This document shows, one piece after another, positions 21,451 to 29,824 of a stretch of DNA of 64,000 nucleotides. Positions within the stretch are counted from its first letter, which is position 1, and each line of letters starts with the position of its first letter. The notes below the pieces were generated by a model. That model ran no database searches and was not told the origin of the DNA. It saw only the letters and a program-made list of their open reading frames with translations. The DNA lies in the NCBI RefSeq assembly GCF_000738915.1, contig NW_026515635.1, positions 434,001 through 498,000 of the forward strand, given 5' to 3'. Position numbers and translations under genes: made by a program. Source of the DNA: Nematocida ausubeli. Lineage: Eukaryota.

Positions 21451-21580
21451 TATTTATTCAGTCGCCGGTTGGTGTGCTTACCATTTCGATCCACTTAGTA
21501 TTTATTTTTCAGTACAGGAGTGCACTGCTAGAAGGACTCTGCCAATAGAAGTCCGTTATGGCCAGCATCACAGCGCACTG
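21451..21580 (-). ncRNA. Candidate structured ncRNA (H/ACA snoRNA-like)
   Basis: Long hairpin at 21580-21510 (TGCTGG/CTAGCA, GGACT/AGTCC, CAGTGC/GTACTG), an AAAATA hinge (ANANNA), and a second weaker hairpin. The G-U pairs favour the minus strand. Confidence 0.35.
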
Positions 21581-21598
21581 ATATGGCTTGTTAATGTA

Positions 21599-21670
21599 TC
21601 CGCTTTGGTCCAGTGGCTAGGATTTCGCCCTCTCACGGCGACGGCCGGGGTTCGATTCCCTGAAGCGGAA
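21599..21670 (+). tRNA. tRNA-Glu(CTC)
   Basis: Acceptor stem TCCGCTT/AAGCGGA, anticodon arm TCGCC-CTCTCAC-GGCGA, T loop GGTTCGATTCC, and a T5 run downstream. Confidence 0.95.
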
Positions 21671-21697
21671 TTATTTTTATGTTTCCAATCTTTTTTT

Positions 21698-21703
21698 CCC
21701 ATG
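21698..21703 (+). promoter_or_regulatory. CCC-like start-proximal signal (one example of a recurrent motif)
   Basis: CCC(C) lies within about 10 nt upstream of the ATG at 10614, 21701, 23020, 23543, 27977, 38165 and 41719, and GGG precedes 27760. CCC/GGG-like signals are known upstream of microsporidian start codons. Confidence 0.6.
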
Positions 21704-22165
21704 CTTACATACAGGGAGTTTACGGCCTTAGACCTTCTTGACATGAGCTTGCCAAACTTGGATGAGCACACGTACTCTTTTACCCCTGACTTCTACTTCA
21801 GGTATCTGCACGGGCACGCCAAGTACTGCCTCTCTGTTTTCTCGGATAGCGCGAACATTGGGTACATTATTGGCAACTCCGGTGTTTACAAGGACACGAA
21901 AATGCTGTACTCGCATGTGACAGCGCTGAGCATAGCGCAGGAGTTCCGAAGGCATGGGATTGGGAGAAGGCTTTTGAAGCTCTACGAGATGAACGCAAAG
22001 CGGGATAGGTCCGAGTTCATAGACCTGTTTGTAAAAGAGTCCAACAAAGTTGCAATTGACTTCTATATGAAGTGCGGTTATATAATTCACGAGCGCATAA
22101 TAGATTACTACAGTAACCCGACAGAGGATGCATTTGACATGCGGCAGTACACACCAGAGCACTAA
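21701..22165 (+). CDS. NAA20: NatB N-terminal acetyltransferase catalytic subunit (Nat3/Naa20)
   Basis: CCC-ATG at 21701; MLTYREFT..DL....NLD, GYIIG, HVTALSIA.EFRR.GIG, FIDLFVK.SN.VA, YY...EDAFDMR. Confidence 0.9.
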   Translation: MLTYREFTALDLLDMSLPNLDEHTYSFTPDFYFRYLHGHAKYCLSVFSDSANIGYIIGNSGVYKDTKMLYSHVTALSIAQEFRRHGIGRRLLKLYEMNAKRDRSEFIDLFVKESNKVAIDFYMKCGYIIHERIIDYYSNPTEDAFDMRQYTPEH

Positions 22166-22546
22166 GGCTCACTAATACGAAAAAATTAAGAACTATCATG
22201 TCCTTTAATCATACCACTTTGTCTGCGTTATTTTCATACTATACAGAAACTAGTAATTTAGTGCGAGTGGTTCTTCTATAGAAAAGTATAGTTATTCTTA
22301 TGCTTACATTTTTATGGGGTTCTCTTAGAGTTATCAGCAATTTTTATGTGCGCCTGCAATGCTATGAAGAGCATCCTAGCATAGCATTGGTTATTTTGTG
22401 TTTTGTGCGCGCTCTGCTTATAGTGCAGCTGAAAATTAATAAATGCTCTATTTAGAATGCTTTAGTTGAATTCTGTATTTATTCTTGCATTTTGTGTCTC
22501 TGCACTATTTTTGAGTCTAAAGCAGTTATGTTTTCACAGATGCTGC

Positions 22547-23020
22547 TTACAACAGTGGGGTTATTGCAGATATAATATTTGGGTTTAGAAATGCTGCGTA
22601 TGTTCTCTCTATGTCAGACAGCTGCTTGGTCACCTCGTCTGCTAATGTGTGGCTATCCTTTTCCACCTCCACCCGCACAATATACTTACTGCTTAGCACT
22701 GTAAATAGCTTATACAGAATAGAGAGACCAATCAGCCCAACCATTGAGCAGTGCGGAATTGTGGGAATTACCACCACATGCACGTATTCGCCCGTGCTTG
22801 TTGTTCTAATGGAAACTCTGTCTAGAGAGACCACTCTTAGTTCCTCCAGCGTGTAGCTGTGCTCTGGATCTCGGATGTTTCGAATGATCTGAAATATGCT
22901 TTTTTCATTAACGTCCACTTCCCCATTGTTCCATACTATTTCATACTCTGGGCTGGTCTCTGTGCACACGTCTGGTGTCTCGTTCATGCGCATAAAATTA
23001 TTTATGCATGATATATCCAT
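22547..23020 (-). CDS. CIA2: Cytosolic Fe-S assembly component CIA2/MIP18 (FAM96)
   Basis: IRNIRDPEH.YTLEEL.VV, PTIPHCSM..LIGL and SH.....VTKQLSD.ER..AA..NP motifs. Confidence 0.95.
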   Translation of the reverse strand: MDISCINNFMRMNETPDVCTETSPEYEIVWNNGEVDVNEKSIFQIIRNIRDPEHSYTLEELRVVSLDRVSIRTTSTGEYVHVVVIPTIPHCSMVGLIGLSILYKLFTVLSSKYIVRVEVEKDSHTLADEVTKQLSDIERTYAAFLNPNIISAITPLL

Positions 23021-23228
23021 GCAAAGGGAAGCATACGCTCAAACATTTCAGAAATCGTGCACGTTTGGCACATAATATAAAAAGGCATGGCCACTCTACA
23101 CAGCGCATGCATAAATAATATCCTGCTGTAAATCTCCATATTACCGCACTGTTGACTTTCTGTAAATAGCAGCTAGATGTATGTCTCAAGATATAACCCG
23201 AATTTATTTAACGAAATGCCATAAGACT

Positions 23229-23543
23229 TTAGTAGTTCAATGCCTCACCCTTTGCCTTCTTCTGTGCTCCAATTTCTACGTGCTTTGCTCTCTTGAATAC
23301 TTTGCACTGCTTTCTCTTGCACTTTGAGCACTCCATCTTCAAGACAACCTTCTTTGTGGTCTTTGCCTTTCTTCTTAAAATGGGCTTTGTCTGACCTCCA
23401 AATCCTCTCTGCTTTCGTGCGTATCTACGGGCACCCTGTGCTGTAGGTCTTTCCTTGCTCTTTTTGTATAGCGATACTTTGTGTACCTCGTGTGCATTGC
23501 ACTTCTGGCAATGTGTTTTTCTTGTCTTTGGGTAGTTTACCAT
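23229..23543 (-). CDS. RPL42: 60S ribosomal protein eL42 (L36a/L44)
   Basis: [29 protein letters not shown] and [10 protein letters not shown] motifs. Confidence 0.98.
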   Translation of the reverse strand: MVNYPKTRKTHCQKCNAHEVHKVSLYKKSKERPTAQGARRYARKQRGFGGQTKPILRRKAKTTKKVVLKMECSKCKRKQCKVFKRAKHVEIGAQKKAKGEALNY

Positions 23544-23625
23544 GCAGGGCTACAAAAATAAAATTAATTTCTGGGTTTCCGTAAAATTTCAGTTTTAACT
23601 TCTGGGCACATGCAGGCCACCCGGC

Positions 23626-24516
23626 CTATGCAGTAAAGGAGATACCAGCTTCTTTAAATTTAATAAGAAGGAACAGAAAGTCCTCGACAATCATTTTTGC
23701 TGCTCTTTCTTTCTCCAGCTTACTTTCCTCCAGCACTTTGTTTAGCACTTCCTCCTCCTGAGGTGTTATTTTGGTCTTTTCTTCTATAACTGTTTCGTTG
23801 TTTGTGTCCTCTTCTTCGGGAATGTCTGCTATTTTATCTCTGTTCTGGAAGAGAAGGTTCTTTATGGTACTCTGCCGGAATATTGATCCAATTGTTTTGT
23901 TCTTTCGGCTGAAGCAGATCCTTAGCATTCCATCAAACTCGTTTAGGTCTATGTCCAGCTTGTTTCTCCGCGGCTCTATGCGCACGATGCTTGACTCTAC
24001 CTTGGGGGGCGGCCTAAAGTTCTTTCTTGAGACTTTCATGACATGCGTCACTGTTGCTCGGATCTGCACAGAGACTGAGAGTCTGCAATAGTTGCTTGTT
24101 CCTGCTGTGGCACAGAGTCTGTCAGCAAACTCCTTCTGGAACATCAGCACGCATGCCCTAAACGGATAGTTCAACAGCTTGAACACAAGCGGACTGCTTA
24201 TTTGGTATGGTGTGTTCGACACGCACAGATCAAAGTATGGGTACTCCACTTCGATTGCATCATCTATTAGCAGCTGCAGCTTGGTCTTTCTGCTGCCCAC
24301 TCTTTTTATCAAATCAGATGCAATCTTTCTGTCCTTCTCTATGGCAACCACTCGCTTGCACTTGTCCAAGAGCTTTAGTGTCAGATTTCCAGTTCCCGGG
24401 CCTATCTCCAAAACCGTGTCGGTTGGCTTAATCTTTGCTCTATCTATCATTGTTGTCACAATTCCTGGGTTCTTTAGAATGTGCTGTCCAAACGTCTTCT
24501 TAAACCGTCCATCCAT
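23626..24516 (-). CDS. DIM1: SSU rRNA dimethyladenosine transferase Dim1
   Basis: GQHILKNP, VLEIGPGTGNLT, SNTPYQISSP, MFQKEFA and NFRPPPKVESS motifs. Confidence 0.98.
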   Translation of the reverse strand: MDGRFKKTFGQHILKNPGIVTTMIDRAKIKPTDTVLEIGPGTGNLTLKLLDKCKRVVAIEKDRKIASDLIKRVGSRKTKLQLLIDDAIEVEYPYFDLCVSNTPYQISSPLVFKLLNYPFRACVLMFQKEFADRLCATAGTSNYCRLSVSVQIRATVTHVMKVSRKNFRPPPKVESSIVRIEPRRNKLDIDLNEFDGMLRICFSRKNKTIGSIFRQSTIKNLLFQNRDKIADIPEEEDTNNETVIEEKTKITPQEEEVLNKVLEESKLEKERAAKMIVEDFLFLLIKFKEAGISFTA

Positions 24517-24580
24517 TTTGCAAATTCTTCTAATATTTTCTCATTTTATTCTTTGCAACTGTAGGCACTTTTTGCTGATT

Positions 24581-24760
24581 TTATGCATTGCCCATAGGTG
24601 GTGTTTCTCCCCCTCGCTTTTCTTTATGAAGGCTTCCTACTAGCGAACCTCCTTCTTATTTGATCAAATCACTTCCCTTTGAGCTGACTTTCCACGCTAA
24701 GCGAGCCACTCTATCTGCTCACCCATGCATAGAATGCACTCTTATGTAAGCATACTTCTT
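24581..24760 (-). ncRNA. Candidate structured ncRNA of unresolved identity (RNase P/MRP-like or U3-like features)
   Basis: Purine/G-rich island with no convincing ORF. Long-range stems CATGGGTG/CACCTATG, CTCGCTT/AAGCGAG and GAAGG/CCTTC. GGAAAGTC directly follows a possible hairpin. Confidence 0.4.
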
Positions 24761-25400
24761 ATATCTACACTCTATTTTTCTATACACGCTGCCTTGCATA
24801 TGCATTCCCTGCATAGTTACTATTTTCCAGAACAGACCCATCTCTAAGTAAGCTTCTAACCCACACCCTTACTTAGCACATTTTATGCAGCTTTTTTTGC
24901 AGAAATTCTCAATACGGATTTTCTTCTATCCAACCAGCATATTATATGTTTAAGATTCTTTTTTTAACCTATTGTAGATATGCATTCAGTAACACTAGCA
25001 ATATCTGTCCTTCAGATAGAAGCAGGAATAGGGAAAATGTTTGTTGAGATTATTAAAATATATCTATAAAAATAGCATACATTCACTGCACAATGCATTT
25101 ACATCTATACAGAGCACGTTAAAAATAGCGCTTTGCGTTCATGGTCTATGCACAGAGAGCCATGCTTTATGACCCTTGCGATATTCAAAAATAAGCTAAC
25201 TGACTTAGAAGACTGCGGTATTCATGTGATTAGCATATGTTTGGTCGTAATATTCAGGCAACCTAGCGTATGCTCCTTTTGTTTTCTTTTTTCTTATTTA
25301 TATGTACTTCTTATATTATGATGTTTGACTATACCTTGTGTACGCGCAAGCATTCTATATTAATTTATACATTATTTATTTATTTTGTAAATTAACACTA

Positions 25401-27050
25401 ATGGACACGAATGGATATGATACAACTGGGCTTTCCTCTTCTTTGCTAGCTGTTGGCTTACTTATTCCAAGTATTACAGTTGTCTACTTTGCATCTGGAA
25501 CACAAAAAACAAAGACCAGCTGTAAATGCAATCAATGCCTTGGTATGAAGAAGAAATACCGATTCAACAAGTACAGGTGGCTTTTGTATGGTTTGGTGCT
25601 TCTGCTTGCGGTGCCTGTATATAATATACTATGCAACCAGTATGGGAAAAACACAGACAACAACCCGTATACTCTTCTGAATGTTTCTCAAAATGCAACA
25701 CATAAAGAGATAGAGGCAGCATACCGCAAGACTGTGAGAAAGGCCAAGTTTACAAAGATGGACAGAACTGCACAAAAGAAGCTTGTGCAGCGGATACTTA
25801 AGGCAAAGGATCTTCTTTTGGATGAAAAGGCAAGAGAGCGTTGGGATGCCTTTGGAGATGCGCCTGTGGTAAACAACCACACAATAGCCATACCTTCCTG
25901 GGTCATGAGCAAGTACAATCCGATTATTCTTATCTTTTTGTATGTGCTTGTGCTTGGTGTTCTGCTTCCCAAGTGTGTCTCATACATGTGGATGTATTCT
26001 TTTGAATACTCCTCAAGCGGGATTCTATACAGAAGTACTGAGTCGCTGTACAGCGCTCTAAAACACATTTCAGTTGAGGATGTCATTGGCCTTCTCGCCC
26101 TACTGAGCAAGTACACAGTAGAGATATCGCAGTACAGCGAGAAAACGCCCAAAAAGAACATAGATAAACTAAGAGAAACCATCAAGGACAAGTGTGGATT
26201 CACTCTTCCTCTGGACACAAATGTATTTATTCTATGCGTGTCCATGCTTCTTTTAAGAGATCCAGAAGTTCTTTCCTTAATTGATGCGCAGGATATAGAG
26301 TGCCTGCAGAACTCGCTGGTTCTATCCTCGAATGCAATAAGAAAACTTGCGTCGGCTTTCAAAAGCAGCTCTCTCTATGGCATTGCAATGGACTTGGAAA
26401 GAAGTGTTGTGCAAAGTGTTCCGGACCCCATATACTACCAAATGCAGGCAGGGCTTCCTTTCAGCGATGTGTTTATTGCACAGTACCAGAACAAAAAAAT
26501 CGATGAAAACACTGCAGTTGACCGCAAGATGTTTAAGATAAATATTACTGGAATTGATGTATATAATATGTTTGATGGCCTAGTCAAGGATGGAATGTAT
26601 GTGACCGGCTCCGTTGATACAATAGTGAAAATACACATAGACAGAGATGGGTTGAATTCGTATACGCGTCCTACTATTGTAAAAAATGAAAGCAAGGCCA
26701 GTGACTCTGGAGACCTGGATGATTTAGAGCAGAACTATGAGGACCAGTACCCGTCTTCATTAGAAAAGCACCCCATAAAGGTGCAAGGAACCAGCTCTGA
26801 GGCAGTGCATGCACCAATGTATTTTGATGACCTTCCATATACGTGGGAATGCATCTTAGAAGTAAACAATGAGGTGGTCCTGGCGTCCTATTCATTTACA
26901 CCATGCCAGAAAGGAACGGATGTATTCTTCAAAGTCCCTGCACTGGCTAGCTTTATTTCCACAAGAAAGGCAGAGATTGAGGTAAAGCTTATTTGCGGGA
27001 AATACTTCAATAGAGACACCGCGAAAAAGATATCAGTTCTAATTAAATAA
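25401..27050 (+). CDS. SEC63: Sec63 translocon subunit (three TMs, J-like domain, Sec63/Brl region)
   Basis: N-terminal YD..G, two TMs, NPY.LL.V...AT..EI..AYRK...L.DEKARERW..FG, IAIPSWV, a third TM, and late VHAPMY...TW. Confidence 0.85.
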   Translation: MDTNGYDTTGLSSSLLAVGLLIPSITVVYFASGTQKTKTSCKCNQCLGMKKKYRFNKYRWLLYGLVLLLAVPVYNILCNQYGKNTDNNPYTLLNVSQNATHKEIEAAYRKTVRKAKFTKMDRTAQKKLVQRILKAKDLLLDEKARERWDAFGDAPVVNNHTIAIPSWVMSKYNPIILIFLYVLVLGVLLPKCVSYMWMYSFEYSSSGILYRSTESLYSALKHISVEDVIGLLALLSKYTVEISQYSEKTPKKNIDKLRETIKDKCGFTLPLDTNVFILCVSMLLLRDPEVLSLIDAQDIECLQNSLVLSSNAIRKLASAFKSSSLYGIAMDLERSVVQSVPDPIYYQMQAGLPFSDVFIAQYQNKKIDENTAVDRKMFKINITGIDVYNMFDGLVKDGMYVTGSVDTIVKIHIDRDGLNSYTRPTIVKNESKASDSGDLDDLEQNYEDQYPSSLEKHPIKVQGTSSEAVHAPMYFDDLPYTWECILEVNNEVVLASYSFTPCQKGTDVFFKVPALASFISTRKAEIEVKLICGKYFNRDTAKKISVLIK

Positions 27051-27151
27051 ATTCTTATCTTTATTTCTTATTTCCACTGAATATTTAAGAAGCCCTCACA
27101 TGAGTCTTCTACTCTTCAGCTGGCCATAAAAGTGCGAACTGAACCAATTTT

Positions 27152-27760
27152 TTATTTCATAGCTTCCTGTCTGTGCTTTGGGTTAAGTGGCTTCAGAAGG
27201 CCGTGCTTCTCTTTCCATGACTTCATTCTGATTGTCTCTTCTCTTAGCTTGAACATCTCGTCGCATGCTGCCACCTCGGACTTGACCTCAGACAGAGGCA
27301 TAGACTGGATAACAATCTTCTTCTTTTCTATTGGCATAATAGTAGACTTGTGCTGTACTGCGCCTGCCTCAAGTGCCTCCTTCTTTGTTTCATAGACAGT
27401 GATCTTTGATAGATACTCCTTGATTCTCTCTACGTTTAAGTTAAGGGACTCAACTGATCTGGTGTATCTCTGCATGTTGACAGATATTCCTAGCTGTCTT
27501 GCCTGCTTTACGTCTAATCCGGCCTGCATAACCTCAACAATAGAAAATCCTCTTCCAAGTCTCTGGTTGATGTTGTATCTTCTGCTGTTTGCTCTTACAA
27601 TGGGTCTAAGTAGCTCTACGTTCATTGGAGCGATCTTCTGTGCCTTCTCCTTTCTCAGCTGGCTTCTAAGCTTCTTCTGGATTGGCTGGTGGAACCATGT
27701 CTTGTATTTCAGAGAAGTCTTTTTGTAGTGTCCGGTGGTTAATGCGTTATTATGCTTCAT
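27152..27760 (-). CDS. RPL13: 60S ribosomal protein eL13
   Basis: MKHNN...H.KK, KTWFHQP, LLRPIVR, R.GRGFS..E and RS.ESL..NVER.KEY.SK motifs. Start context GGG-AT-ATG. Confidence 0.97.
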   Translation of the reverse strand: MKHNNALTTGHYKKTSLKYKTWFHQPIQKKLRSQLRKEKAQKIAPMNVELLRPIVRANSRRYNINQRLGRGFSIVEVMQAGLDVKQARQLGISVNMQRYTRSVESLNLNVERIKEYLSKITVYETKKEALEAGAVQHKSTIMPIEKKKIVIQSMPLSEVKSEVAACDEMFKLREETIRMKSWKEKHGLLKPLNPKHRQEAMK

Positions 27761-27976
27761 ATCCCTGTACAAAGAATTAAAAAAAAGTATTTAAATACTT
27801 TCTCAGAGGAAGGAAATTTGTCCAAACATGCGAAACTTGGAAGAATCTGCAGAAAACGGAGCATGCACACGGCACAACACTTGCACTGCGGTAGACAAGC
27901 TGTATACACGCCTATTAAAGCCAACCCGTTCACTTGTGTGAAAATGATAAATATTTTAATTTTTTACTCCCCTTGT

Positions 27977-28408
27977 ATGAGTATTCAGAGCATAACAGCA
28001 AAAGGAGCCAAAAAGACAGCCGTAGCCGTTAGCACATGTAAAAACACTGGGAAATTTGAGATAGTGGTCAACAAGAGGCCATTGCACCTATTCAGCCCAA
28101 AGATGATCCTGTCAAAGGTTATGGAGCTGTTCACCATTCTAGATAAAAAGTACTACGAAGGCCTCTCTTTCAATGTAGAAGTTCGAGGAGGAGGAGATGT
28201 AACCAAGCTGTATGCTGTCAGACAAGCACTTGCAAAGTCACTAATTGCATACTACGGTAAGTATGTTGACGAACAGCTCAGAGCAGATATCAAGGATGTT
28301 ATCACCAAGTACGACAGATACATGGTTGTAGCCGACTCTAGAAGAAAGGAGCCAAAGAAGGCCGGAGGACCGGGAGCCCGTGCAAGATACCAGAAGTCTT
28401 TCCGATGA
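27977..28408 (+). CDS. RPS16: 40S ribosomal protein uS9 (S16)
   Basis: G.KKTAVAV, V.GGG.V...YA.RQA.AK and DSRRKEPKK.GGPGARARYQKS.R motifs. Start context CCCC-TTGT-ATG. Confidence 0.98.
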   Translation: MSIQSITAKGAKKTAVAVSTCKNTGKFEIVVNKRPLHLFSPKMILSKVMELFTILDKKYYEGLSFNVEVRGGGDVTKLYAVRQALAKSLIAYYGKYVDEQLRADIKDVITKYDRYMVVADSRRKEPKKAGGPGARARYQKSFR

Positions 28409-28472
28409 GGTGGAATAAAGAACGCTCTATTACTTTTATATTATAAACATTCTAAATTATTTTGCAGCGAGC

Positions 28473-28985
28473 ATGGAGCGGACTGATAGGCTTTTAAGAG
28501 AGCTGCATGCAAAAGACGAGATTATTTCAGAGCTGAAGAAGAATGGCAGGCAGGAGAGAGACCATGTGAGAGACCTCTACAAGAAAGTGGACGACCTCCA
28601 GGAGGAGAATGGCCGGCTGAAGGAGATCCTTCGAAGCACAAAAAGAAATCTTGCTGTACATGAAAGAAAGGCAAAAAGTGCAGAAAGAAGAGGGCTTGTC
28701 CAGACACGAAAGATCCTTGGCCTTACCAAGGAGCCTCACACTGCCCTTATTAACCGGGTTCTTACACTGGAGTGGATTGTAAGAGAGCTAGGCACCCAGC
28801 TTAATTTCCCTGTGAATGAAATTATTTCTCTCTCAGAAATATGCATGGAGAACGACCCGCTCTTGAGAAATGTCCTGCAGAAGAATGAGGAAGATATCAA
28901 TAGCAATGATTTAATCGATTATTTAGATAAAAATGGCGTAAATAGCATACTGGGCATAGAAATTGATCGCTCTCTTCTAGATTAG
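28473..28985 (+). CDS. Hypothetical coiled-coil protein, 170 aa
   Basis: ATG ORF with a charged, heptad-rich N-terminal half. Confidence 0.8.
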   Translation: MERTDRLLRELHAKDEIISELKKNGRQERDHVRDLYKKVDDLQEENGRLKEILRSTKRNLAVHERKAKSAERRGLVQTRKILGLTKEPHTALINRVLTLEWIVRELGTQLNFPVNEIISLSEICMENDPLLRNVLQKNEEDINSNDLIDYLDKNGVNSILGIEIDRSLLD

Positions 28986-29098
28986 CTTATTGTGCATAGG
29001 CTGTCTTGGTTGTATTAATAAACATGCTTAGGTCGTATGTTGTTTGCCCTTAAGCTGTGCAGTCTTACAGAATATCATGGCGTGTTCTATACTTGGAT

Positions 29099-29488
29099 TT
29101 ATTTTGTATTTGCCACTGAGAGCTCCTTTAGCCTCTTCATTAATTTTATTTCAGTTATACTTGGTGCAGTGTTTTTGGAAGGAATCTCCATTATCAATGG
29201 AAACATCTCTTTTCTTTTTGAAATCTCTTCCTTCAAGACATCTGCAGCCTTTCTTCCGAGAAATATAATTGCTATTTCTTTTCTTTCTATGAATATACTG
29301 TATTTAGATATTACCTCAGCAGGCTCAGTATTTTCAGACACCACATGAAAATAGTTAAACACCCCATGTACGGACTGGCATGCCCACTCAGATCCATTGA
29401 TTCCTGTGAGGCTAAATCCACTAATTGTTGCCTCATCTGCTAGAAAGGCAATTTTGGTACGAGAGGAGAGCCCAGTATTGTGTGTCAT
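29099..29488 (-). CDS. VMA7: V-type ATPase subunit F
   Basis: IAFLADEATISGF.L.GI, ERKEIAII and FP.I.EIPSK motifs. Confidence 0.93.
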   Translation of the reverse strand: MTHNTGLSSRTKIAFLADEATISGFSLTGINGSEWACQSVHGVFNYFHVVSENTEPAEVISKYSIFIERKEIAIIFLGRKAADVLKEEISKRKEMFPLIMEIPSKNTAPSITEIKLMKRLKELSVANTK

Positions 29489-29548
29489 TTAAAAATTTAA
29501 ATATAATTAAATTTAAATTGCTGCTGCCTTTAAATGTGTATTCTATAG

Positions 29549-29824
29549 CTATTTCTTATTAGTCCGCCTTGCACTGGCTGCTCTTTTTTTAAGCAGGTAT
29601 AGGTATTTAGTGTATGTGCTTGTTGCTGGCTCCTCTTCTTTCTCTTCAAGAATTGTGTATACACTCTGTATGCTTTTTGTTGTTATGGAGCTCACTGCTT
29701 TGCAGTTATTTTTCGTATTTGGCACAAATAATATGCCATTGTTGTGTTTGTACACCTCTAGCTTTGTATTGTCTATTGTGATGGTCTCTTTAGTATAAAG
29801 ATCCTCTTTCATACCTTTCTCCAT
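29549..29824 (-). CDS. Hypothetical protein, 91 aa
   Basis: ATG ORF preceded by AATTTAA, sitting in tandem 60 nt upstream of VMA7. Confidence 0.65.
   Translation of the reverse strand: MEKGMKEDLYTKETITIDNTKLEVYKHNNGILFVPNTKNNCKAVSSITTKSIQSVYTILEEKEEEPATSTYTKYLYLLKKRAASARRTNKK

Noticed and set aside
21410..21700. Apparent 97-aa N-terminal extension of NAA20 running through tRNA-Glu
   Set aside because: It begins at a TTG, Naa20 homology starts at CCC-ATG 21701, and the open frame is probably chance.
23611..23632. GC hairpin AGGCC-GGGT-GGCCT overlapping the DIM1 stop codon
   Set aside because: It is a single short stem with no counterpart at other gene ends, which is compatible with chance.
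25150..25185. U6 snRNA-like ACAGAGA...ATGACCCTTGCG
   Set aside because: The AGC triad is not correctly spaced and the 3' strand of the internal stem-loop is absent.
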